Below, piece by piece: positions 62,689-64,000 of a DNA stretch of 64,000 nt. Within the stretch, counting starts at the first letter, position 1, and every line of letters begins with the position of its first letter. The stretch is from Mobula hypostoma (Eukaryota): NCBI RefSeq assembly GCF_963921235.1, contig NC_086097.1:89096001-89160000 (forward strand), read 5' to 3'. The translations under genes were made by a program, and so were the position numbers. The notes beneath the pieces were generated by a model. The model ran no database searches. It saw only the letters and a list, made by a program, of their open reading frames with translations, and was not told the DNA's origin.

Positions 62689-63968
62689 GGGGGGAGGGGG
62701 GGAGGGATGGGGGGGAGGGGGGAGGGAGGGGGGGGGGGGGGGGGGGGGAGGGGGGAGGGAGGGAGTGAGGGAGGGGGGAGGGGGGAGGGAGTGAGGGAGG
62801 GGGGAGGGAGTGAGGGAGGGGGTGAGGGAGGGAGGGAGGGAGGGAGGGGGTGAGGGAGGGAGGGAGGGAGGGCTGAGTGTTGGGCTGGTGGGTGAGGGAG
62901 AGAGGGCTGAGTGTTGGCTGATGGGTGAGTGAGGGTTGAGTGTTGGGCTGATGGGTGAGGGAGGGCTGAGTGTTGGCTGATGGGTGAGTGAGGGCTGAGT
63001 GTTGGGCTGGTGGGTGAGGGAGGGCTGAGTGTTGGGCTGGTGGGTGAGGGAGGGCTGAGTGTTGGCTGGTGGGTGAGGGAGGGCTGAGTGTTGGGCTGGT
63101 GGGTGAAGGAGGGCTGAGTGTTGGGGCTGGTAGGTGAGGGAGGGCTGAGTGTTGGGGCTGGTAGGTGAGGGAGGGCTGAGTGTTGGGCTGGTGGGTGAGG
63201 GAGGGCTGAGTGTTGGGCTGGTGGGTGAGGGAGGGCTGAGTGTTGGGCTGGTGGGTGAGGGAGGGCTGAGTGTTGGGCTGGTGGGTGAGGGAGGGCTGAG
63301 TGTTGGGCTGGTGGGTGAGGGAGGGCTGAGTGTTGGGCTGATGGGTGAGGGAGGGCTGAGTGTTGGGGCTGGTGGGTGAGGGAGGGTTGAGTGTTGGGCT
63401 GGTGGGTGAGGGAGGGCTGAGTGTTGGGCGAGGGAGGGGTGAGGGAGGGCTGAGTGTTGGGCGAGGGAGGGCTGAGTGTTGGGCTGGTGGGTGAGGGAGG
63501 GCTGAGTGTTGGGCTGGTGGGTGAGGGAGGGCTGAGTGTTGGGCTGATGGGCGAGGGAGGGCTGAGTGTTGGGCTGGTGGGCGAGGGAGGGCTGAGTGTT
63601 GGGCGAGGGAGGGCTGAGTGTTGGGCTGGTGGGTGAGGGAGGGCTGAGTGTTGGGCTGGTGGGCGAGGGAGGGCTGAGTGTTGGGCTGGTGGGTGAGGGA
63701 GGGCTGAGTGTTGGGCTGGTGGGTGAGGGAGGGCTGAGTGTTGGGCGAGGGAGGGCTGAGTGTTGGGCTGGTGGGTGAGGGAGGGCTGAGTGTTGGGCTG
63801 GTGGGTGAGGGAGGGCTGAGTGTTGGGCGAGGGAGGGCTGAGTGTTGGGCTGGTGGGTGAGGGAGGGCTGAGTGTTGGGCTGGTGGGTGAGGGAGGGTTG
63901 AGTGGTGGGCTGGTGGGTGAGGGAGGGTTGAGTGGTGGGCTGGTGGGTGAGGGAGGGTTGAGTGGTGG
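62688..63968. repeat. G-rich low-complexity tract grading into a 30-bp minisatellite
   Basis: poly-G/GGGA 62688-62868, then GGGCTGAGTGTTGGGCTGGTGGGTGAGGGA repeated over ~1.1 kb with shorter variants. Confidence 0.95.
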
Positions 63969-64000
63969 GTGAGAGCGCTGGGAGTATAGGATGTGCAAAC

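Noticed and set aside
62868..63968. Immunoglobulin switch region
   Set aside because: No AGCT pentamers and no Ig exons or RSS seen in the window.
62634..63998. 454-aa Pro/Ser-rich ORF
   Set aside because: Translation of the minisatellite; periodic, with frame switches at unit-length variants.
1..64000. Uni-strand piRNA cluster
   Set aside because: TE orientations are mixed with no evident strand bias; small-RNA data would be needed.

Overview
Eukaryotic, transposon-saturated genomic DNA with no intact host gene that I can support. The repeat repertoire suggests a vertebrate, probably a cartilaginous fish such as a ray; this is inference only. The window is a stack of nested, mostly decayed elements. 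Non-LTR: a near full-length Nimb/I-clade LINE with a 14-bp TSD, plus CR1, Rex1/Babar, Tx1, RTE and R4/Dong-like pieces. LTR: two PNMA-Gag Gypsy elements with tRNA-Pro PBS, two Mag/K02A2.6-like Gypsy elements, four solo LTRs and a class I endogenous retrovirus remnant with env. DNA transposons: Tc1, mariner, hAT and Tigger-like. Also a tRNA-derived SINE and a terminal G-rich 30-bp minisatellite. Most noteworthy: six Penelope-associated minimal hammerhead-ribozyme motifs; an inverted Penelope pair enclosing a copy of nearby host DNA; a locally duplicated host unit with promoter/exon-like signals; the ERV; the R4/Dong element; and an unclassified ~785-bp non-autonomous retroposon family. All calls are by eye, and many boundaries are approximate unless a TSD is quoted.
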